Assembly: GCF_963506605.1 (NCBI RefSeq)
Contig: NC_083280.1
Span: 45,322,001-45,386,000, forward strand
Direction: 5' to 3'
DNA length: 64,000 bases
From: Zootoca vivipara
Lineage: Eukaryota
Below, in pieces: positions 29,983 through 41,900 of this stretch. Each line of letters begins with the position of its first letter. Position 1 is the first letter of the stretch. Position numbers and translations under genes: made by a program. Under the pieces are notes generated by a model. The model searched no databases. It saw only the letters and a program-made list of their open reading frames with translations, and had not been told where the DNA came from.

Positions 29983-32900
29983 ATGTCATCTGTAGAAGAG
30001 AATTTCCCTCGAGGTGGCCCACAAAGGAAAAGTCAAGAAGAAAAAGCGGCCAGACAGTCAACAGTGGACCAGGATACTTTATTCAAAGTATGCAAATTGT
30101 GAACATATTTAGTTGCCTTCTACTAAGTCAGATCATAGGTTCATCCTGTAGCTTATTATTGTCTATTCTGCTTTGTAGCAATTCTCTCTAACTGCTTACA
30201 GAGGTGTTTCTCAAACCCTCTTACCTGCAGCAATTTTAACTGGAGTTGCCAAGGATTCAGCCCAGACTCCTCAGCATTCAATGCATATGCTTTATCACTG
30301 TGCTATAGCTCCAGATTGATGCACTGACATTGTTCTTAAGAATAACACAATAAGTGGTTCTGGGAACCCTTCAGGATAGAATAGAAATGCATGTGCTGTA
30401 TAAACAAGTTTCCTGCTGATTAAAACTAGTTTCTGATTTTGGTTCATTTCAACAAGCCAGAGTTTGGCCTGGTTTGGGCATATCAACAAATTGTGGTTAG
30501 TTTAGTTTAAACTCGAAAGTGAATGTTTCAAATTTCTTCCAGTGATGTGTATCAGTAGGAGAGAGGAGGTGGAGCACTTCAGCCTCAATGTTGAGCTCAC
30601 TTGCTTCTATAACACTAAACTGGGTTAGTGCAGGAAATTGTAGATCTCAAGATGTTATTTTTATTTATTTATTTATACCCCACCCATCTGGCTGGGTTTC
30701 CCCCGTCACACTGGGTGGCTTCCAACAAATACCAGAAAACATTAAAATATCACAGATTAAAAACTTCCCTAAACAGGGCTGCCTTGGGGGGCTGCCTTTA
30801 TGTTGTTGGTCTCCAACTCCCACCAGCCCTAGCTACTATGGCCATTGGTTAGGAATGATGGAAGTTGTAATCCAGCAATATCTGGAAGGTCACAGGATCT
30901 CCATTCTTGTTTAATTTTAGATCTGTACTGCTCCTTTGAGTTTCAGACCAGGCCTTCCTTAAGATTAAACTCTCTTAAACATGCTTTCCTGCAGGTTACA
31001 TTCATGGGTCCCTTTGCAGCTGTAAAACTAAACTAATGTTTTAGGGAAACAACTGTCTTTTCAAAATCTTGAAACGTCTTTCTTTTTTTTAACTGTCTTA
31101 GACGCAACATGAAGAAGTGACCAAGAAAAGAAAGAAAAACCATCAAGATGAACCGAAGCCAAAAAAACTCAAGATTGAGAAGAAAGCTGTTGTAAAAATC
31201 GGTGTTAAACATTTTGAATTTTTAACAGTTGAGGTTGGTCTATAATTTGTATTATGGTTTCTTTTCACGCTGTGGCAAATAACTACACAATAATAAGTAG
31301 TACCATTTCAAATAGTAGCGTATGGGGCAGGAGTAGATTGTACATCATTGTGGTATTGAGAGATAATTAATAGCATGCAGAAGGAAATGATGTAATTTTC
31401 CCTTTCCACTTTTATTTGGATTTTTAAAGGTCTTGTTAAAAAGGGGACTTACAGCTTTTATTAACATTATACCTTTTTCCCCTGTGGGGGACAGTCTAGT
31501 TGTGTAAAACACATGAGAAAAAAGTGTTTCTGAAAGTTGCTCATTACATGTCCTTGTTTTTTAAACAGTCCCTCACTGCAGGGGTACTGCTCTTAGGATG
31601 CGTGAAAGAGTCTAATCAGTTTGAGCTGGTGATCAGCTTGCCCAATGGGCTCACTGGATTTGTGCAAGTGACACGTATAAGTGATGCCTACAATGAGATG
31701 CTGAATGAACAGGTGGCTACAGATGAGCACTTAGAGGTAAGACAAGGTGCATGTGTGTTACGTAGTTGTTTGGTGGGTTCTGCAAGTACCACCAAGCAGC
31801 AGGTTTCTTCTGTTTAGGCCATTCTCTTGCCTCCTCTGTTTCCTGCTCTGTCCTGAAGAGGCCTACATTGTAGAAGACCATTTAGAACTGCCTTTAAAAC
31901 ACCTGACTTGCTTTGGTGCCAAGATGGGGAACTTGAGGCCATCCAGATGTTGATGGCTACAGCTAGAGGTGATGTGCCCAACAGCTACAGCTAGAGGTGA
32001 TGTGAGTTGTAGTCCAACATCTGGAATGCCCTGCTTTGGTGTTTTGCACACTGCAAGAATGGGAGGATGTGCATTGAAATATCTTCAGAACTGAATAAAA
32101 ACCCAAAAAGTAGACCTTAAAAAAACACTTCTAGATTTTGACTGACGCATCCCATTCCACTCTGGAACAACATAGGCCATTAACATGAATTTCCTTTGGC
32201 TTGCCATCTGTATTTTGGAGGAAATAAGATTTGAATAGTTAAATGGCTATATCACAACCCCTTCAGTAATCAACATTCTCCGTAGCATGTTCAAAAATGC
32301 AGTTGTATTGCTTACAGCAGAACATTTTGTTTGGTCAAAGTTTCAGAGTCAGTTGCTGTTTCTGTTTTGATATGTTCATTATTTTAGTCTTTACCTATTA
32401 AACTATCTTTTTGCAGAATCTGAATTCTCTCTCAGATCTCTTCACCCCAGGAATGCTGGTCAGATGTGCTGTGGTTGGTGTGGAGAAGACTACTACAGGT
32501 CGTCAGAGTATACAGCTAACAATCAACCCCAAAGATGTCAACAAGGCTTTGAATGCTGCCACTCTGAGACCAGGCATGGTATGAAACACATGAATTATCT
32601 GTTTTTGCCTGCCTCTCCAACATTTTTTCATGTAGCTTAAAAAAATAATAATAAAGCAAAATAAAAAGCACAAAACTACAACAATTAATAACAACAGATT
32701 AGCAGAAAAAATAGTTTTGAAATGTAAAGTAACAATTGAAAGAAGCAGTAATAAAAACACAGTGTGATGAATTAAGATGTCTGGGTAAATAAAAATGACT
32801 TTACTTGGTGCCAGAAAGTCATCCATGTTGGTGCCAGGTATAGCACCAAGTCATCCATGTTGGTGCCAGGTATACAGACCTAGAGAGGGGCTTCCATGGA

Positions 32901-35900
32901 AAAGAACCTCTCTGGTATCATCACCTGCCCTAACTTCATTAGCTGGGGAACCTGGCATCAGATGAGTTCAAAACATATCATCTGTTAATTTTTTGTGATT
33001 TGATATGGGAAAATGTTATTGTGCCTTTTATAAGAATGCAGGGAATAGAATTTCAGCAGGTGCAGATATCTTGTCCTAATATTGCTGTGAAGGGTATAGG
33101 TCTCCTTTGTGGGAGCCCAAAGTCGTTTCTTTTCAGATAAACTTGAGTGCTTGAGGAGGGAGGAACAACAACAACAAGTCTGATAAAATTTCCTTTAAGC
33201 TTACGCTTCTTCTCCAAACAGCTGCTCTCTGGCTGCATCTCTAGTGTGGAAGATCACGGCTACCTTATTGACATAGGCATCCAAGCAACAAAAGCATTTC
33301 TGCCTCGTCAGAAAGCCAAGGCCTACCTGCAGTCAGCCAACAAAGGTATAACTATACTTAGGAGTACTGGGTTTAAGGCAGGGGGAGAAGCAAATGGGTG
33401 GTTTAGAGAACTGTAAAATCTTAGATTTGGGAGTTACCAGAGGCAGAATTTACTGCCGTGTGTACATATCATTGTACAGTAACTTGTAAGTGGCCAGCTG
33501 GTGCCTGGCTTCTCTTGTTTAGGAAGCTTTTTATGCAAAGTGGAGTATTTCAGTCTAGGATGAAAAGCCTTTTAATGTGATGAACATGTGAAAGGATTTC
33601 AGAAGTAGCTGGTGCCAGGAAATAATGGCCATAGTGACAGAAAGGTAATGTCAAAGCTTTGCTGATAAGTGATGATAGTTGCATGTGTTGGTCTCTTAGG
33701 GACTGAGCTGAAGATAGGCCAATACTTCAACTGCCTTATTGAAGAAGTAAAGAATGGTGGGAGGATAATCCGCATGGCCATTGATCAGTCAGAGGTTGCT
33801 GCAGCTATTGCCACAGAAGAACAAAACTGGTCCCTTGGCAATTTGCTACCTGGGCTGGTGGTGAAAGCCCAGATTCAGGAGGTAAGCTGTTCTTTACGAA
33901 TTAATGTACTAATCTTATTTTCTTCTCCCTTGGAAGAGTACAGTGAAATTATTAAATTCCCTCACACACCTGCATTTTAAACAAAAGATGCATTCACTTT
34001 TACACAGCTGTGAATTGTTCCAGTCTTACTACTGAAGTGGGTTAAAATATAAGGATAATTGCAAAAATAGAGGCTTTTTGCTGGAAACATCTATGACCCT
34101 ATGTCTGAACCACATGAGGTTTTTGGTTTTTTTGTCTTCTAACTTAACCTAGATTTAAAAAAATCCCTAAAGTGTGATATTCAACATTAGCCTTACTCAA
34201 GGTAATCCACTAGAGTTAATGGATGTGACTTAGGTTCATTAATTTCAATGTGTCTACTCTGAGTATGACTTTGTTGATTACCATCCTAAAATGTTATTAA
34301 ATCTAGTGATTTACAGCAGTAGAAGACATAATTTGGAACCACCAGCAAGAGAATCATTAATATTGTATACATACATATAAGCATATAATACATATAAACC
34401 ATAATATTGTATACATACATATAAGCATATAATACATATAAACCATAAAACACACATTTACATTTCATGACAGCCACATTAAGAACTAAATATTCATCTA
34501 GATCTGTCGGAGAAATTCTTCTGTTTAATTTTACATCTTGCAGGGCAATTTTTGTTTCCTTTTGAATATTTCCAGGTGACTCCTTTTGGAATTTCTCTGA
34601 GTTTTCTGTCTTCCTTCTCTGGACTTGTGGACTACATGCACATGACTTCTACAAAAACAAGAACCTACTCACCAGGTCAGACGGTAAGTGATTTTATAGC
34701 AAGTCTTAAATTTTGTTAAGGTGGTGCTGCGGGACTTGTTTAAGATATGAATTGAATGGGTGCATTTCTGTATGGTTTTGCCACAGTCATGGAGGCTAGA
34801 ATGTTCAAGAGAAGTAAAGCACCATTCTCAGCACATTCCCTATTTTACCTACAAATTTAACAACTTCCCCCCTCTCTTTGTTTCCCCCCCCCCAGGTGAA
34901 AGCATGCATTCTCTTCAACAATCCTACCTCCAAGGCAATACGCCTATCTCTGCGCCCAGTTTTCCTCCAGCCTGGCACTCAACTTGGCAAGCTGTCTAGT
35001 GATCAGATTGGCAGGGTAGTTCCAGACTCCACAGTTGAGACCTTTCTCAAAAAGACTGGTGCCATCTTCAAGCTGGATGGTGGCTGCCTAGCTTTTGCAC
35101 ATGTAAGTAACTCAGTGCTGATTGCACCTTGTAGGAGGGTAGACCCTTTCAACCATCATGGCTGATATTTGGAGAGCAGTACATCAGTACTTTTGCCCGT
35201 TACCGATTCAATACATAGATGTGTATTGGCATCTGTTTGTGAATGTGTTATATGATGTCTCAATTTGTTCTGGTGTATTGAGAAGAGCCCAGAGTCTGAA
35301 GGTAGCAAAGGGCTTTTCTAGATTCCCTTATTGTTTGCTCACCCTTGTTAAATGCAATCATAACCTCTGCGGTTACATTGTGATCATAACGTCTGTTGTC
35401 ACGTTGTGATTCATATTGGAAGGTAGAATCAGACAGGTGCAGCATCTAGGCTTTGCTTTGCTTTCTGGATTACAGCAGGGTTAATCCTAAACTAGAAAAC
35501 TGCCTGGATTTATAATTCAATCTTCATTTTCTGCACTATCTTTATACCTCTTTCAGATAAAACATCTTTCAGATACTGCCAAATCTTTCAAACCTGCAGC
35601 ATTCAAGCCTGGAAGCAAGCATAAATGCCGAATTATTGACTACAGCCCAATGGATGATGTGGTGCTGGTGTCTCTCAAACAGTAAGCTTTAGAGTGCAGT
35701 TTGAATGAACCAATCTATGAAGTATCTTCATATACAGTACTCGTGTTTCAAGCATATTTCCGTCTCTTAAATTCTATGCATAGATGGAACTTCCTCATGC
35801 CTAACAAATAATCAATACATTTCAGTTGGGACACAAGTCCCATTGCTTTCAGAACAGCTGAGATGGAGTGGGCTATCTTTAAGGAATACATCAATGTGGA

Positions 35901-38900
35901 AAAAGTAGAACTTTTGACAGATATTGAAGGAATCCAGAAAATGATTAGAGTGAAAGGAGAGAAAGTTAAGATAGAAGAGATTAAAGAAATAATGAAATGC
36001 ATCTAAGCTAATTGGAAAAATAAAGTAGCATAACAAGAATGGCTGGAAGTCAAGTCACTTGGTCCGTGTGGGGTAGGCATAGCTGCCAAGTTTTCCCTTT
36101 TCTCGCGAGGAAGCCTATTCAGCATAAGGGAAAATCCCTTTAAAAAAGGGATAACTTGGCAGCTATGGGTAGGTGTGTAGGTATGTTGATATGTATAGTT
36201 TAGGTAGGTATTATATAGAGTAATGTAGGCATGTTTTATGCTATGAAAATAAGGTAGTGTCTTGTGTATATGTATTGTGTAAATGTATGCATTTTATATG
36301 TTAATAAGATTTTTAAAAACTATAAAAAACAGAACAGCTGAGATGGCTACATTATACACACCTGTGTAGTGGATTGCATCTGCACATTTTTAAAATTGGT
36401 TCCCTAGGTATCCAAACTTTCTGCCTTCAGGTGATGTTTTGCTCCTTCAGTTGCAAAGGAAAATCTGTTGAGTCCAGACACTTTCTGTCCAGACACATCC
36501 ATTACCCCACCCTATGTACACCAAGGCCAGTATCGGTCTAGATCATGGCACATAATGTGAATGATATTTAGACCTCATTTAGATAATATATACCAAGTTT
36601 CATACTGACAGCACAGATATAAAAAGAGCCAGTATAGTGGCAGGCCAGGAACATAGGAGACCAGGGTTCAAATCTCTGCTTGGCCATGAAGCTGACTTGG
36701 TGACCTGTTCTGAAGGGCAGGAGGAAGAATTGGAGGTGGGGGCGAATCGGTTCTCTTTACTCTTTCATCTGTTTCTCTTCCACCTCACAGATCAATTTTC
36801 ACTTCCCTTCTTTTTGTTTGCAGACACATTATTGAGGCTCCATTCCTGAGATACCATGATATTCATCCTGGACAGGTGGTGGAAGTAAGTTCAGGGAGAA
36901 AAAAATAATCCTTGAAATCTTGGTTATCTTGCTGAACAAACCTGAGGCGAGGGCTTTGGTCCAATTTTGTCCAGCAATTATTTCCTTCTGACTTGTGTGC
37001 TTAATGTCTCTTTGAACCTAAATCCTGCTGTGTGACATTAATGGAACACTATTAATTTCACTTTAGCATAGCAAAGCAGTTGCATTAGTTGTACAGAAAT
37101 CAGTCTGGTTTCTGCTACATTCCACAAAGTTAGGTGCAATGGATTTGCCTATCATTTAGTTAATGTAATCATGCTTTATTTAGATATTTATATGCTGCTT
37201 TTTAGGCAAGCCTTGCCAGGCAGTCATCATAAAAAGGTTTAAATAATGAACATCAATTAAACTGTATGATAAAACAATAAACATAAGCTTCAAGGGGGAA
37301 ATGAAATTATTGAAAGCTAGATCTCTCCCCTTCAAGATGGTTCTTAAGTAACGCTGTAGTAGCAGCTGAGGGGAGAGGGACATTTGGGGGCTGGGGTAGC
37401 CAATGTGGTGCCCTCCAAATGGTTGCCCAAAGGAGTTGTTGGGCTGCAGCTCCCATCGCCTCTGACTGTTTGTCATGCTGGCTGAGGCTGATGGGAGTTA
37501 GAGTCAAACATTTGACATGGCCCACATTCGCTACCTGAAAGCTAAATGGAGGGCATCTCTTTCTGTACTAGTTTTTCTTGCTTTCTGATCCCTCGTTCTT
37601 TTGGACTTTAGTGCACGGTGTTGGCTCTGAAGCCCTTTGGCATGCAAGTAAAGGTGACTCAGCACATCAAGGGCCTGGTTCCCCGACTGCATCTGGCAGA
37701 TGTGCTTCTGAAACAGCCAGAGAAGAAATACAGTGTGGGGAGCACTGTCCGGTGTCGGGTAAGAACTCTCTGTAAGGGACCACTTTGGACTGCTTTATCG
37801 ATTTCTCTAGCAAGGAAAGACCAAGGGGGCTTCCTCCATGCAATAATCTGTCTTTATAATGAGAGCTGCTGTGGTTCTGTGGGTAACATTAGGTTGAATG
37901 TGCAAAACCTAGGATCAGAATCCCTCTTAGCCATTGTGTTTACTGTGTAATCCTTGGATCAGTTACTATCTCTCAACCTAGCTTATTCAGAACTAGTGTC
38001 TTCAGCCCGTTAAATAAACGGGCGCTAGAATGCATGCCGGCTCCTCGATCCGGTGCTCCGCGCAGCGCTGATCAGCGCCGACCCGGCAGGCCACCAGATC
38101 AAGGAAGCGGCCTGCCAGGTCGGCACCCAGCAGCGCTGCACGAAGCACCGGGGGGACTGGCGGCGGGGAAGACAGGCAGGCGCTTGCTCTATTGCCTGCC
38201 TGCATTCCCCACTGCCTGTCACACGAAGATCGGCGGGCGCTGTTTGCCGGGGTTGACAACCCCGGCAAACAGCGCCCGCCGATCTTCGGCTGTCCCCCGA
38301 TGCGCTACGGCTCGGGGAAGCAGGCAGGGAGACGCAACAGCCCGCAGCTTCCCGGGCTGTTGCGTCTCCCTGCCTGCTTCCCCAAACTAAAGCGCGTGGG
38401 GGACAGAGCCGAACTGCGGCGCGGGGGGGGGGCTTTTCGCCGTTTGCCTTCCCCGAGCTAAGGGGGAGGCAAACGGCAAAAAGCCCCTGCCACGCTGCAA
38501 TTCGGCTCCGGGACTGGCTTGGCGGTGGCGGGAAGAAGGGGAGGAATTCCTCCCCTTCTTCCCGCCACCGCCAAGCCAGTCCGCAGTGGGGGCTTTTCGT
38601 CGTTTGCCTTCCCCCCAGGGGGAGGCAAACGGCGAAAAACCCCGCCGCACCATACTTTGGCTCGGAGACTGGCTTGGCGGCGGCGGGAAGAAGGGGAGGA
38701 ATTCCTCCCCTTCTTCCCGCCGCCGCCAAGCCAGTCCGCGAGCCGAAGTGCGGCGCGGCGGGTGCTTTTCGCCGTTTGCCTCCCCCTTCACTCCGGGAAG
38801 TCAAACAGCGAAAAGCCCCCGCCGCGCCGCACTTCGGCTTGGGGACTGGCTTGGCGGCGGCGGGAAAAAGAGGTGGAATTCCTCTTCTTTCCGCCGCCGC

Positions 38901-41900
38901 CAAGCCAAAGCCGGCTTCCCTCGGCGCCCGCTGCCGCTTCGGCCGAGGAAGCGCCGTCCCATGCCGGAGGTGCGCGGCAAGGCTGCCGGGGGGAGCGCTT
39001 CTTTCCCCCGCCGCCTCGCCGCGCACCTCCAGCATGAGACTGGGCTTCGGAGCGGCGGTTGGCGGAGCGGCGGTTGGCCGTTGTCCCTCCGTCCAATCCC
39101 TGTGTCGCTGGGGTACATGCGCAGTACCCCAGGGACACACGGGACAACTGGACGCAGGGACAACTTGGACATTATTATATAGGATTGTAGTGAATCTAAA
39201 ATGGGGATGATGACATGTATTCATAATTTCTAATATTTCTATTTTACCTACTCAGAAGTAAGGCTTGCTGAGTTCTGTGGGACTTGCTGGCAGGTGTGTA
39301 GGATTACAGCCCCACAGGATGAGATGTAAACAGTGTTTCCGTCTAGGCAGGAGTTTGTGGCAGAATTCTGGGGCCCCACTCAGCAGAATGAGCAGGAGAG
39401 GCCCCGATGCAGTCAGACTGGGTTGCTACATATTTAACAAGGTGAAGTAATAAACATTACCAATTAAAGAGGATCCCACGGTAGGACGCTTAAGAGTCTA
39501 AAATTACAATCCTTTCTTCCTTTGCACTGACTTCAGCACTGACATCCTTGACTTTAGCACAGACTGCAAGCCCTGCTTTTGGTAGGCAACTTCTGAGTGC
39601 AGCTTCTTCTAGCAGGGCTTGAAGTTGGCACCAATCAGATGATTGCTGCTAACTTTAGAAGGGATTGCCTCCACTTGGTATTTTAAAGGTGCCGAATGCA
39701 AGCCCTGCTTGCCTAGGAACAGTTGAGAGCTCACTTTAAGGCTCTGAATTGCTCCTTTACAGATACGTCTTAACCTGTCACACACCTGATATCATCTGAC
39801 ATCAGGTCTTGGGCAAGTGGGTGTGCCTTAGGGAAATAACCTTGTCAGCCACATTAGGACCCATGCAGTGGCCCATTTAGCTTGCAAGCCAGAGATTTCC
39901 CATGCCTATTTTGAATAGTTAAAGAAGTATTATTCAAGTCCTGTTACAGGATGAGCTCTGTCTCTGACAGCTACCTCCTAAAATTTCGTAGCCCTTACAT
40001 TTCTAAGGTGATGGGTTGTGCCAGCCGTATTAGGACTGAGCCCATGAGTTCCAAGCTGACATTTTGGACATTCCTTCATTTTGATTCAATTGCAGTTTCC
40101 TGCCAGTTGGCATATATAATTCCAATTTCTTTTTCTTCTCCAGGTGCTTTCCTGCAATCCTGAAGCAAGGAAACTCGCTCTGACGCTTAAGAGAACACTT
40201 GTCAATTCTGAACTCCCTGCCGTTTCCAGTTATGAAGATGCAAAGCCAGGCTTGATCACCCATGGTTTTGTTGCATGTGCTAAGGACTTTGGCTGCATTG
40301 TGAAATTCTATAACGACATAAAGGGCCTTGTTCCCAAAAATGAGCTCGGTGGGGCACCTTCAATTGTTCCTCAAGAAACATTTTATGCAGGCCAGGTAAA
40401 AGCTGGGTAAAAGTAAAAAGTCTGATTATACTTGATATAAATTTTTTAGTTGTTAATAGCTGTACACATTTGCATAACAGATTTGCGTAACATCTTTAAT
40501 GCACATTTGTCTAGTGATAGAACATGAGTTGCAGATTATTGTTACCGAATTCGACCCTTGATATGCTTATGTAGTAGGACATACCAGTAGCAGTGGTCTC
40601 TCTTCCTCTCTTGAAAAACATTTAAGTAAAAGATTTTGAACTACTAGTAAAATGACTTCTGGTACATTTGTTACTTTAACACACAGAGAGGCATAAAGCC
40701 AGTGGAAAGTTACAAAACTTCCACATTTTATCCAGGTAAAGTGGAGGAAAATGGGTTAGGACCCAGATAGGATGCAGTAGTGGGATGTTTGGGGACACAT
40801 TCAGGTGATCCTGTTTTTGAAGTGTGAGAGTGAACATGCCTGCAATATGAAGATTCTTTTGTTTTGCTCATCAGGTGGTCAAAGTGATTGTCTTAAAATG
40901 TGAGCCTGAGCAGGAGAGACTGCTGCTGTCATTCAAGCTGACAAATGAAGCACTAGCTGAGGATGGTGGAGGAAAAAAGACTTCAAAGAAGCGAGAAGTA
41001 ACATATGAAACCGGACAGGTAGTTAATTCTAAAAGATCTCCTTTCCCTGGTAGACCTGTTGACAATCCGTTAGGATGCTAGGAGCAAAGACAGGAATTTA
41101 TGATATTTCTAACTTGGGTTTTATTTCATACAAAACGATTAGATTATCAGTTCATATACAGTGGTACCTCAGGTTAAGTACTTAATTGGTTCTGGAAGTC
41201 CGTACTTAACCTGAAGCGTACTTAACCTGAAGTGAACTTTTCCATTGTAAGTAATGGAAAGTGGATTAATCCGTTCCAGATGGGTCCGCGGAGTACTTAA
41301 ACTGAAAGTACTCAACCTGAAGTGTACTTAACACTTAAGGTATGACTGTATCTTAAGAAGGACTATGCTATGGGGTCCCAATTATAGTACTACTTCATGC
41401 AAACATGGAGCATTTCTGTTGGATTTAAACCACTTATTCTTACTTGAAGTGTTCTGCACATCAGAATAAATGCTCAATCTGGTTGGTCTAGATTTAAATT
41501 TAAACATAAATTATTATCTTCACTTTGAACTCCCCTCCCACATTCATCAGTATACCAACACATATTGTTTCATTGATAACCTAAGAGTAATAATGACTAT
41601 TGCACTTACTGAATCTAAGCACAACCAGAAGGGCTGCTGAATAGGCATTTAACGATGTAATGATGAATGTTATCTGTCAGCTATATTCTATACTGTTCCC
41701 CACCTCCTTTTTAAAAATCAATTCACAAACCAAGAACTTATACAATGACCACTAATAATGAACTATTTGTTGTAGATATTACTGCAGATTTATTGTGCTA
41801 TTTTTGTTATAGTCAAATAAGAACTGGTTTGTTTATTTATTTGTATCGATTATTATTCCTATGATCCTTGTTTATAAAACCCAATAAAAAGTTATTCAAA

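Noticed and set aside
38400-38910. CRISPR-like appearance of regularly spaced palindromic repeats
   Set aside because: Vertebrate intron, units far longer than CRISPR repeats, the 'spacers' are themselves repeated, and there are no cas genes.
38002-39224. Many overlapping long ORFs (up to 399 aa) on both strands
   Set aside because: By-product of very GC-rich palindromic repeats inside the Helitron. The peptides are repetitive with no Rep/helicase or other domain motifs.
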